From: Lobosporangium transversale
Lineage: Eukaryota
NCBI RefSeq assembly: GCF_002105155.1
Contig: NW_019028980.1
Span: 682,001-746,000 of the forward strand
Reading direction: 5' to 3'
Length of the DNA stretch: 64,000 nt
Shown: piece by piece, positions 13,996-25,033 of the stretch
Position numbering within the stretch: the first letter of the stretch is position 1
Layout: every line of letters starts with the position of its first letter
Notes under the pieces: model-generated
What the model saw: only the letters and a program-made list of their open reading frames with translations
The model's database searches: none
Told to the model about the DNA's origin: nothing
Translations under genes and position numbers: made by a program

Positions 13996-16071
13996 ATGGA
14001 TCAATTCGCCGCTCAACAACAGCAAGGTTCACCTTCTGTCACATCCCAGTCTGCAACACCCACTAATAACGCAGCCGCTGGTGACAACGCTTCTTTATCT
14101 GCAAACACTACTGCAGCATCAGCTGGTCCCGCCTTCCAACCCGATGAGAATTCTAAGACGCTTTATGTTGGTAACTTGGATCAAACCGTAAATGAGGCAT
14201 ACTTGCAGGAGATATTTTCACAGGCCGGTGGAGTTGTCGAGAGCGTCAAGATTATCCGTGATAACAAAGTATGTTAGAATACTACCAGATCGATCTCAAT
14301 CTCAGAACTTCTGCTGGACTTTGGCTAGGCATGTTTGATGAGAAAAAACATAATCAAGTCGTTTGCATCTAAGCCCTCAACCACATTTTCCCATTCTCAA
14401 TGTACTCTAGTATGCGCACCAAGGTGGTCTGAACTACGGATTTGTCGAATTTTCTGATCATGCTGCTGCTGAGATCGCTCTGCAGACTATGAACGGGCGC
14501 CGTGTATGCCTCCAGGTGAGGATTGTTCAACCTTTTTTAATCAAAACCAAAATAATATACATAATAGCCCTTTTCGTCTGACTATTTCAGCGCTTGTCAT
14601 GATTTTCTTACATCTTTTAGGAGCTCAAAGTTAACTGGGCATTCACTGGACAAGTCGCCGGCAAAGAAGATACTACAAGTAAGACTGTCTCACTACTTGC
14701 ATTCGTTTAGGTTACAATTGGTCTACCTCCAGAGTGTCTGACATTTGCACTTGAAAATACTGCTCCATAGCCCATTATCACATTTTCATTGGAGACCTCA
14801 GCCCCGAAATCAATGATGAGATGCTAAGCAATACTTTTAGTGTCTTTGGCTCAATGACGTACGTACACTCTAGGAAATGATTGATGGCGAAGAAGCAGTT
14901 GATAACCTCGTGATGATGACAATCTAATGAGCTGAATGTCCATTTTAGTGATGCTCGTGTCATGTGGGATCCTAATTCGGGCAAGTCCCGTGGCTATGGA
15001 TTTGCTGCCTTCAAGGATCGTCTTGTAAGTTTGAACAAGGGCGTTTAGAAAATAGTTGTTCTTACCTTTCGAAATACAATTATGAGCTAACTTATCTTCT
15101 TTCCCATGCATCCTTTCAAATCCTTTCTGCCATCACTTTGGTACTCTAGGATGCCGAGCGTGCCATCATGTCTATGAATGGCCAGGTCCTCGGAAACAGG
15201 GCTATTCGATGCAACTGGGCTAGTCAGCGTGGTGTCCCTGGACCTACTTTCCATCAATCAGGTTTGTACTAATTGTTTGAGTATAGATTTGTTGCTCAAA
15301 GAATCGCTCAGAAAACAATTTAACCTTATTTTTCTCATCTTACTCGCAGGAGGCCACCATCACGGAAACTCGTTCAAGTCAGTTTCCAGCCAGGCTGCTC
15401 CATTTAACACGACAGTCTATGTTGGAAACCTACCGCCCCATACGACTCAGGAGGACTTGATCCCCTTTTTCCAACCATTCGGCATGGTGGTTGACATTAG
15501 ATTGCAGGTAGACCGTGGATTTGCTTTTGTTAAGCTTGATTCACATGACAAGGCAGCCAATGCCATCGTTCGCCTTTCAGGCACCATGATCAATGGCCGT
15601 CCTGCCAAGTTGTCTTGGGGTAAGGACCGTTCCGTTGAGAATGCTACACGTGGCAATCATTACGGCTATTACAATAATAATGCTGGATATTCCATGGGTG
15701 GTGGCCACCAAAACAATAGTGGCTACCCTTACCAGTACAACAACCATAATAACCATCATAATAATCATTATGGTGGTGGTGGACAGGGCTATGGACGCAA
15801 TGGACCTCATAACCACCACCATCATCACAATCAGCATCACCAACATCATAACGGCCATCACATAAACAGCCATCATAACCAGCAACATGCCTTTCACCAC
15901 CAACAGCAAGTTGGATTAGACGGCGCAGGATCATCGGCTTTGGCTGCAGGCAGCTCTGGTCTTCCTCCTGCGAATATGGCCGTCGGCAGCAGTGGTGGCA
16001 ACAATGGCGGCATGAGCCAGGATGCTTACGATCAGTTCACATCCTATGACAACAATGGAGGTTCGAGATAA
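13996..16071 (+). CDS. PUB1: Three-RRM RNA-binding protein (PUB1/TIA1/NAM8 family) with N/H/Q/G/Y-rich prion-like tail
   Basis: Exons 13996-14268, 14411-14515, 14621-14678, 14771-14858, 14949-15024, 15150-15261, 15350-16071. Motifs LYVGNL, NYGFVEF, KVNWA, HIFIGDLSPEI, ARVMWDPNSGKSRGYGF, IRCNWA, VYVGNL/RGFAFV. Confidence 0.9.
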
Positions 16072-16425
16072 AAAAAGAAAAAGAAAAAAACGAAGTAGTA
16101 GAAGAGTAGGTTCTAGGCAACAAAGAGGGTCCGATCACATTAGCGATTGTTGAGAACAGAAACGATAGCTCATATAAACATTCCTTTTTAGACTTTTTGG
16201 CACCCTTGGAGTTATAATAGCCACCACATGTTTATTTACAAACTATTTAAGAATCCCACTATATAATACCATGCGTTAGGAGTATAGATAAAAATGAACA
16301 TCCAGGCGAATGCAACAAAGGCAAAAGAAAAAACTCATTTATAAGCAAAAGCATAAGCATCGATCATAATAGCAAAATATTTAATTTCATCAAACAGCAT
16401 ACGAAGGAGAGGGGGAAAAAAAGTT

Positions 16426-16505
16426 TTCCCTCAGATACCGTTGTAGTCATAAGTGTCCTCACATGGTTTTTTCAAGTGACAAGATGTGTTTGTCGTCATT
16501 AGGAA
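16426..16505 (-). ncRNA. C/D box snoRNA, snR79-like guide for 18S rRNA 2'-O-methylation (yeast Cm1007 equivalent)
   Basis: C box ATGACGA (16499-16493), D box CTGA (16434-16431), terminal stem TTCCT/GGGAA. The guide GACTACAACGGTAT next to the D box is complementary to the conserved 18S segment ATACCGT(C/T)GTAGTC; the D+5 rule points to the second C of ATACC. T7 run at 16422-16416. Confidence 0.85.
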
Positions 16506-16517
16506 TTAAGACAATGA

Positions 16518-16634
16518 AGCTTTTCCCAGGATTCGAACCTGGCATTTTTCTCCGAAAGAACTCCTGAACCCGCTTAAATTGCAGTTATGCAGCAAGTCTA
16601 TCAAAGAAAGCGCTTTCCCAGTAAGCAAAAAAGC
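16518..16634 (-). tRNA. tRNA-like element (atypical or pseudo-tRNA with extended anticodon arm; isotype not assignable)
   Basis: Acceptor stem GCTTTTT/GAAAAGC, D arm GCTT-ACTGGGA-AAGC, perfect T arm CCAGG-TTCGAAT-CCTGG (B box). The anticodon arm is replaced by a hairpin of about 65 nt, and the spacing at positions 8/9 and 26 is non-canonical. Confidence 0.7.
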
Positions 16635-16746
16635 TTTTGTTTGTAAATGCGCAGATTGTCGTTATCTATTTTCTTGCTGTTAACTTCACGTGACTATGTG
16701 GCTTGGACCCTCATCTTTTTTTCGATTCTTGTTTGGTGCCTGGTTT

Positions 16747-16904
16747 TGGAGCGGTACCCAAAGTTACGGCGGCCAGGGTTTATGAAATCAAGGATACAGC
16801 GGCTCTTGTCGTTTGTCCAGTAATAGCTGTTTATTGACTATAGTTTCTGGAGCATTTTGTTCATAGAGTGTAGAAAATAAATCCCATGACCCTGGTCCTT
16901 GTTA

Positions 16905-16935
<31 letters not shown>

Positions 16936-16954
16936 TGGAGCGGTACCCAAAGTT
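16747..16954 (+). mobile_element. 170-bp poly-A-tailed retroposed insert (SINE or 5'-truncated LINE end) with 19-bp target-site duplication
   Basis: TGGAGCGGTACCCAAAGTT occurs exactly at 16747-16765 and 16936-16954. The enclosed 16766-16935 ends in an A-run of about 28 nt. Confidence 0.85.
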
Positions 16955-18625
16955 CAACAGACAACTACGTAGGATGGCACAGGAGAAATTGGACAGTGAA
17001 CAATAAAGCACTTCAAGCCAACGTTAGCCCAGGACTAGCAGACCACACTGGAGTCGTGGTACCACAAGATGTCAAGGAAAGCATTCTAAGGCAAGGAGAA
17101 CGGTTAGTAGGAAGGAAGAGAATCTCTTTATTCTCTGGATCGTTAGAGAATGCAGGAAAGGACTCAGCGCGGATGGCCTTTGGAATTGTTGCACAACAGT
17201 AATATCTGGAAAAGTTGATGGCTATGCCTCATCCACCAAGGCAGAACTGTCAGGTCTATTCGTAGCAATACTTATTAGTCCAAGAAATATACCAACGACA
17301 GTCTATGTAGACAATATGGCAGTAGTTATGCAGCTCAAAACCCTGGTGAGTGGAAGAAAGGGATGCATGGAACGACAACGGCTTCGCTCAGCAGTTTATA
17401 ACGCATTCGTTCGACAGGGCCGAAAGGTCAACGTAGTCTAGATTAAGGAACATGCAGGCAACAAAGGCAATGAAAAGGCTGATCAGGCAGCCAAGGAAGG
17501 ACACTTTAGTGAACTGTAGAAATTGAAGGAACAGAAATACAATGACTTGAGATGTCACGCTTTCTTCAATGGATACGTAATAGAGGACGACCTTTCGCCG
17601 ACTCCTGAAACTACAATCTGCTGTCAGGACGAATGCGACCTGAAGCGTGCAGAACAGGACCAGCCGTTACATCACAGATTGGAAAGAAATTGATTGGAAA
17701 GCGACTCTGCACATTATCCACCATGGCAACACTCCAAGAGGGCTATTCACCAGTCCAACTGACTGCCATCGACGAGCTCACAGAATCAAGAAGCTACATG
17801 CATGCTCCCAACGCTTGCTTACATGAAGCAGTGGAGACCAGATCTCTATGACACAGACATCTGCAGAATGTGTGAATCGGAAAGAGAGGACACAGAGTAC
17901 CTTTGGAAGTTCCCTATCACAGATGACAAGCAGTTGGAAGGGTGGACAAGAGCGATTGAGAATATCACTCGCGATGTACAAAGGGCTCTAGCAAAGGAGA
18001 GGAAACTTTGGGAGGACAAGCTATGTCAACACAGGCACCAGGACAGAAACAGATTGGCAAGGGACCTACGTTCATACCAGCAAGCGAAGAGGTGATATAG
18101 GCGTCATTGGAAGCCATGTACAGAGGAGCTGCTGCAATTCGACAGGCGGACGAATTGTATTGCGACGACGAAGAGGATGAAGATGGCGACGGCGAGGGAG
18201 CCATCAAGACAGCCCAAGACTTTTATCATGGATTGGTGCCGAAAGACATGGTCAAGAATTGGAAAGATACTTTCAAGACAACCGCATCCATTGCAAAATA
18301 TGTGGTTTGCAGATTTATCAAAGCTATTCAGGAAATCGGAAGGTCTGAGATCTGGAACAGACGTCGTAAAGTCACTGTCGACTGGGAAAGAACTAAAGGC
18401 ATCAATGTGAGCAAACGCGCCAGAGGATGCACCTGTGTTGGTCAGCACAGACGTAGCAGAGGCGATTTCTTAGGACCTATCCTGAGACAACGACGAACAG
18501 CTGGCGTGAAAGCGATCAGGACGGAAGCTGAGCAAAGAGTAGCAGGGAACTATCGACAACATTAGAACTGACAGTAATGGAGCGGCTGGGAGGATGTCGT
18601 TTTTGATGATTGAGGACTGCGGCTA
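16955..18625 (+). mobile_element. Degenerate 5'-truncated non-LTR retrotransposon (RNase H + C-terminal zinc-knuckle part of ORF2)
   Basis: Broken frames encode SSTKAEL...VYVDNMAVV and IKEHAGNKGNEKADQAAK (RNase H) and LPTL...CRMCESEREDTEYLW (decayed CCHC knuckle). Several stops and frameshifts; no RT domain present. The 3' boundary is uncertain and may reach about 19010. Confidence 0.85.
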
Positions 18626-19076
18626 GAAGATGACTTTCGCGCGCAACAGGCCAAGTAGGGAGCAGGGCTCGTCACAGGTTCCGTAGGGATCAAGAGTTAT
18701 CACTCATGCTGACGTGGTTTGTGAATAGGATGTTGTACAGCAACAGCTTAACGATGCGGTTAAGACCGATTATTGGAAAACGCTTTATTTGCGCCCCTAG
18801 TAATAGGGTAACCCATTTATAGAGTCTATTTCTGACAAATCCTCACGACCTCGTGAGTCTAAGCACGCCTCATTACATGTTTATAGAGACGGGGATCCCG
18901 TTGTCTTTACTGGTAAATGCCTTTCTTGACAGATTTTTTATGAGGATGAAACTCGATAAGGTTTCGTACCAAACACGAGTTATCGAAAGAGTCATTCGAA
19001 ACTGCTTTTTTTATTTTATTAATTCTGTTTCTGTTATTAACAAAATTTGCAAATTGGCATGTGTGTGGGACATCTT

Positions 19077-20198
19077 TCAAGCGATAACTCTCCAACGGAA
19101 TAGACGGCTCGATGTCAAGCTCAGTCGAAGATGAGAGGCGGCCTCTCGGATACTTCTGACAAAATCAGCGACAGAGCTTCCTTCGGGGCATTCACGCCAC
19201 ACACCACCATCCCTCACACAGCGTTTTCTATCGTCGATAAAAACTGTGCAGCTTGTACTATAGCAATGGAGAACCGCATATAAAAAAAAATTAGCAATAG
19301 TAACAAAAAAAGTATGCATTGGCGATCATGTCCAGTAGTTTTTGTGTATTAGTGTGTGTTTTTTTTTTACCTGACACCATGATGATTAGTGTGTTCAACC
19401 GATTCTACCAACAGATCAAATCCTTCCTGGCCGCTTGAGCACTGATCCACCTTGTCCAATAGATCTTTTTTGCCTTCATTATCGTAAGTATTACTACTAC
19501 TGTAGTGGGATTTAACGACCTTCTCCCCAATCTCCCTTGCATATTGTGGCTCTCCAATACGCTGAAAGTTTTGTGTGTTCATGGTGACAACAAACGGTAC
19601 CCAGATAGTATGATCGGGAAAGTATTTTTTAAAGCATAGCTGCTGCGTGTTACCAGCACACTCCATTGGGCCATGTTTGCATGTCACTGTTGTCTTAGTT
19701 GTCGTCGTCTTAGTGAACGATACAGCGCCTATGGAAGAAGAAATAACCGAAGTGCTACCCGTGGTAGTTGTTCGCTCGATGGTTCCAATATAAGAGAGAG
19801 ATGGATTCACAGGCGGTAAATCTTTCGTTTGAACTACACAAGACAGAAAATAGTGAGAAAAGCAGCTACAGAGTGTGTTCAAGCACAACTAATCGATCTA
19901 GCCTAGTAACTCACAGACTTGAGAAAAGACGCCTTCACAGTGGACAGCATCTGGGCATCGCGACATCACGAAGAGGGCTACCTCGATACAACAGAGCATT
20001 ATAAGGAAATTGTACATAGGATGAATAGGTTCATCCTCTGATTCTTTAGTGTATTCTAGAACATATTGTAGTATAGATCTTACTGATATCCACGGGGGAT
20101 CTACTGGTGCCGAAAACAACATTCGCTTCAACGATTGCAATGAAGGAAAATGATGCAAAAATCAAGACTCCGATTAAGAAAAGCAGTGGGAGTTTCAT
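19077..20198 (-). CDS. GILT-like (gamma-interferon-inducible lysosomal thiol reductase family) secreted or vacuolar protein
   Basis: Signal peptide MKLPLLFLIGVLIFA; VMSRCPDA active-site motif; CKHGPMECAGN..QLC signature; C-terminal SCTVFID..RCVRDGGVWRECP. Multi-exon, internal boundaries approximate. Confidence 0.88.
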
Positions 20199-20469
20199 GC
20201 TGGTTTTGAATACTTTGTGAAGGTGAAAGTTAAAGAATAAAAAAAAAAGCGCCTTCAATCTTTTTATGAATAATGTTACGAAGAAGAAAAATCGTATATG
20301 CGTGAGAAAAAAAAATGCAGTCAAAGAGGATGGATGATGTGAAAAAGAGGAAACAACTGTAGGAGATGATGTGATACCATCACAAGATGGGCAAAATTGT
20401 CTAGCAATTTGTAATACTCGGATGCACCAAACAAATCTTTGTATAACTTAGTAAATTAGAGCCTTTTTT

Positions 20470-21615
20470 TTAACGTCGATTAGAGAGTTGAGGCCGCGTT
20501 GATAGGAAAGGTGGCTCTGAAGGCACGCTTCCTGGAATAGCATTCAGACGTGACGCCTGTGCATGTTGTGCATAGTTCCTCAGCCTTGTCCCCTCTATCT
20601 GACCTGTGAACCCAGCCATCGAATGCCTCCGACGATGTGGGATGACTGTGATGATACCTTCACCTACAGGTCTTGTTGTCACCATATCCTGTATATCCTC
20701 TAGGTCTGGATTCTCTCCGCTCATAAGGTCCTGCGAATACCGTCGCTGTCTCCTGTATTCAAATCCTGGTTCGCGCGGATCATGAGGATCAAGGCGATGG
20801 TTAATATATTGCTGTTGATGTTGAAGGTTTCCCTGTCTGAAGCGCTCTTCATACTCCTCATCCTCCAATAGATCCTCGTCGGTTATACCCTCTATTAGCT
20901 GCAGATAACCTCCGTGACGAGAGTCCAAGATGTTCAAGATGATTGATAATGCCAAAGCTATAATAGCTAGGCTGATAAATAATCCCTCGACATGGGGATA
21001 AGAACCATTCGTGACATCCAGAATGGATGCGACGATCATAGGAAAGATTGTTAATGAAATATTGAGCGCAATCGTAACTAAACCATAAGCTGTTCCTAGT
21101 TGATGGTCATTGACTAGGAAAGGGATGCATGGCCAAAGCACAGAGGCGAAGAGGGAGTAGGCCAATCCAAGAATGAACATGCCAATTATGGGTGTGATAG
21201 TTGTAAATCCGAGTTGAGTATGGGCCCAGATTAAGAGGATGGCCGAAAAGGGGATATAACGAGCACGGTTTCCAAACTGGTCGACAAGAAATCCACAGAT
21301 CGGTGATCCTATAGATGAGACCAGGTCGGGAATAGACTATGGAGCATCCAAGTATGTGGTATTAGCATTACATAGTTGTCTCAGAAATATCTGATTCGAT
21401 ATATATCAACTCTATCAGTTCGGCTTACCATGATAGTGCCGGCTTTTGTAGGATTCTTTGTGTACCATTTCTTTTGAAGGACTTGTTTTTGTTGATAAGA
21501 TACAAGATGTCATGTGTTAGCCAGAACTCCATGATAAAAGAGACATCTCTTTCTGAAATCGAACATTTCCGACTTACAATCTGAAGAAATGTGAATAAAT
21601 GGCACAACAGCCCCT

Positions 21616-21654
<39 letters not shown>

Positions 21655-23009
21655 CATAGGTGCATGTTAGCTAGGTCTAAGTTCTTGCAATTTCAAGTTA
21701 ACCATGTGGAAGAGAGGGTTTGTCAAAGCATGGCGGCCTTTCATCCGGACTATTCATACCATAGAGTGAAATGCAGCAGAGACAGAGTATCCAGAAGTTT
21801 GTCTGCAGCGTAAAGATCTCTGAGTAGAGCATCCGATCATCCTCAGCCATTTCAATTTCCTTCTCAATTTCATCTTCCTCTTCAAGTGCTACAGAGGACA
21901 TAGTTAAGGTCGAGTCCGATGAGGCATTGATTGCGTGTCTTCCTACTAAGACGCTATTGTTGTTAGATCGGATACGGTCCTTTCTACGATCCCTGGCATC
22001 CAATCTGACACCAGCGGACCTTCTTGACTTTGGACTATCCAAATACGCAAGCCAGAATCCGCACAAAAGGCTCAGGACACAAATGCCGACACCTGCCCAA
22101 CTAGCGCCTATTACACCACCTCCATGTGTCGCAATAGCCGGCGAAAGATTATCGTTTATAGCGGTGGCGATCCTTGCAGAAGAAAGATTCATTCCTAAAG
22201 CAAACCCAAGCCAGCGGGCTTTGAACCAGTCAGTCGTGATCTTTGCCTGTGCAATCTCAAGACATTCGCCTCCAATTCCAAAGATTAGACGACCCAAGAC
22301 CATCACCCAGATCGATTTTACAGATACTCCGATAGCAAAAATGCTCTGACCCAAGCAGATACAAAGGCTGAAAAGTACCAACATCCTAGATGCTGAGAGA
22401 CGATCGATCAGATAACCGCCGAGAACTGGAAGAACAATGTTTGGAAGGGAGTATGCTGAGTAAAGGAGATTAAGATGGTATTGATGGGTTGCATAATCCG
22501 CTCCAAGCCATTCCTCCAGCTGAACGTTCAATGCCTGCGGCATAAAAAAAAAAAAAAAAAAAAAAAAAAAGATTATAAGAGAGTAATTATAAGGCTGCGA
22601 TTGAAAGCATTCGTTGTATTAAATGCCAACCATCTGCTATTGAAACAAAAAAAAAGAATAAAACGCTTACAGCGGGGATATCATAGCAATAGTAGTTGCC
22701 AAAGAGAAGTAGACATGCTAATGTCAACACAACCCAATGACGAGTGGTGATAACATGAGCCTGCTCATGTCGACGGACTCTATCAAAGCGTTGGTGCAAC
22801 AGCTGCTGGAGGTGTTGTCGGTTGGGCCGAGGAAGGATATCGTCATGCTGTAGGTGTGGTGCAAAGTTGTTGTTATCAGGACAATGGATGGTACCGAGGT
22901 CAGAGACATAGAGACCTTTATTGTTTTTGGTGTTCCTTCCTAGGCGATCACCACCAATGCTTTCGCGGTTGCTAGATATGAGCGGTGTCTGTTCGTCCAA
23001 GAAGCTCAT
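20470..23009 (-). CDS. Major facilitator superfamily transporter, MFSD1-like
   Basis: N-terminal DEQTPLI sorting-type motif; FGNYYCYDIPA, LLYSAYSLPNIVLPVLGGYLIDR, GRLIFGIGGE, LWPCIPFLV...LGTAYG. About 4 exons (23009-22671, 22539-21760, 21614-21429, 21337-20470, approximate). Confidence 0.9.
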
Positions 23010-23756
23010 TTTGTAATGGAATGGAGAGTTGTGAAAATGACCATGGAGCAATTGCAAAATGAGGGAAAAGGCGGCCACAGGATTTGACAGGGGTAACAAT
23101 AGTAAAAAAATGATATTTATGCTCTTTGTTGTCAGCATGACCAAACTTTGCTTGCCCAAATTGGCCTTGCACTGCCATTGTTATGATTGATCCGTTTTCA
23201 AAGATGGACATTCTTGCGCTTTGACTTTAGAGTCAATAGATAATACCATTACCAGCGAAATGCATATGGACTACATAAATATTGGAACAGTGCACTGATA
23301 TGCGACTGAATTGGCCTACAGCAACCAGAAATTGGTCCAATCGCCTGCAGGGTGACAACATGGACCCTTGGCAAACAATTTCTGATCTTTTGACAATTCC
23401 AAATGTACCTACAGTACAGCTTCACCCTCTTGCCTTTGAGCTACTCCAATTTGGTTTGCGTAGTCTGATTATTATCAAAGTATGAATGGAGAGTGCGAAG
23501 AGCCAATTTGATTGGGCACCTGAGTGTCACAACCTCTACTCGAATAGAATGTCTGCCGAGAGAAACCTCTCTCTATTCGATGTTGAATATGCTTCATCAT
23601 CATGTGACGAGACGTATGTTGAAATACTGGACATGACTCTGCTGTTGATCAACTCTTTTTATTAGACGAAATGACGTGACATGTTCAGAGTGAAATTTAG
23701 CCGTTAGAAGGCGAAGTGGATTTTGTTTATTGTTGTGAATTATAAAACAGCAGCCA

Positions 23757-24861
23757 TCATTCTGCGTTGCCTGCAACCCAGAGCGCCTTTTCAACACCAG
23801 AATAAATATGTCCTGTCTGGTTCAAGGAGTCAATTAAGAGTTCAAGATGGGATTCATCTAAGGAATCAGTCTAACGGTTGAATGTGAATGTAAAGGTCGT
23901 AGAAGAAGGAAGTGAGAAAGAGAAGGGAAAGTTAGTGGAGTTGATCATAACTGAATAACATAAATAGTAAATTCAACGTTCACTTTCAATTTATTTCCCT
24001 ACCTCACGCAACGTATTCAATTCGTCTCCAAATGCCATTGTTATTGAAGCCATATATTGTTCGCAAAATGCAGCTTCGACTTCTGGATTTGTCAAAGCCT
24101 TGTGTACGTGATCTGATGTATGCGCTATTTTCTAATATACCATTAAGTGAAGAGGTGGAGTCAATCGATCAATCGTCCTATTCAATAGCATTATAAGCCA
24201 GGAGGAAAAAAATCCCTTCATATCTAGTTTGATTCCATAGCTCGATACCTTGTTTGATAAGTCTGAATTTGCTCGTAGCTCCCGATCTTCATCATCTTCC
24301 ACATCCGACTCATCATCACTGTATTCTCCACCGCTTTGCCGCATGTCAACGTCTTCAACATCTTCATCCTGATCCATGTCGTCCATCTGTACATCCTTTG
24401 TTTTTATCTGATCTATGTCGATGTCTGTTGTGTGCTCCCTTTCTTCTATAGCGACATCGTAATCTGTTAATAGTATTGAAGAAGGTTCGTCTTGTAATGT
24501 CTGATTCATAAGAATATTTTAATTAGGAGGCTTGTTATGATCAGATATCATGCTAATGATCATTTGGCAACAAAGCTATTAGCCTACCTTTGATTTCTTA
24601 TTAGCTGGGCCAATATGGTCCTATATCGTCAATCGAAGCAAAGAAGTATGGTTTGCGTCAGGAATGCTTAATATCTTTATGGTAGTGTGTTCCTTGATCC
24701 AATACCAACCTGTTGTTCGTCTAGTGCCACAGCCCAAGTTAGCTAGTTGGTTAATATGCCATCCAAAACGCAAATGGTAACAGCATCTGTCTTTCCGAAT
24801 GATACTTACGCGCTGTTGTTGTTGTCCGTTTTGGAAGACCACTTTTTAATTTCGACCCCAT
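23757..24861 (-). CDS. RSA3: Ribosome-assembly protein 3 (Rsa3 domain)-like, multi-exon
   Basis: An acidic exon (about 24500-24250) is followed by spliced exons encoding EAAFCEQYMASITMAFGDELNTLRE and TDSLDESHLELLIDSLNQTGHIYS, matching the Rsa3 C-terminal pattern. 5' exons are tentative. Mostly missed by the ORF track. Confidence 0.7.
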
Positions 24862-25033
24862 GGCTACTGTTGATTGTGTCAATATGTTTGTTTAGTGAAT
24901 GAAAACTCATTCGCATGTAATAAATATTATAACAAAAAATAGTGGAGTGACTGTCTCTCAACATAGGCGAGCAGTATTTGGGACGGTGGGGCGCGAGAAC
25001 TGGATGAGCCTTCTTTCCTCCGATTTTTAAAAA

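Noticed and set aside
18925..19010. Hammerhead-like TTATGA...GAAA in the LINE 3' region
   Set aside because: The CTGANGA core is mismatched and stem I is absent; probably just a structured UTR.
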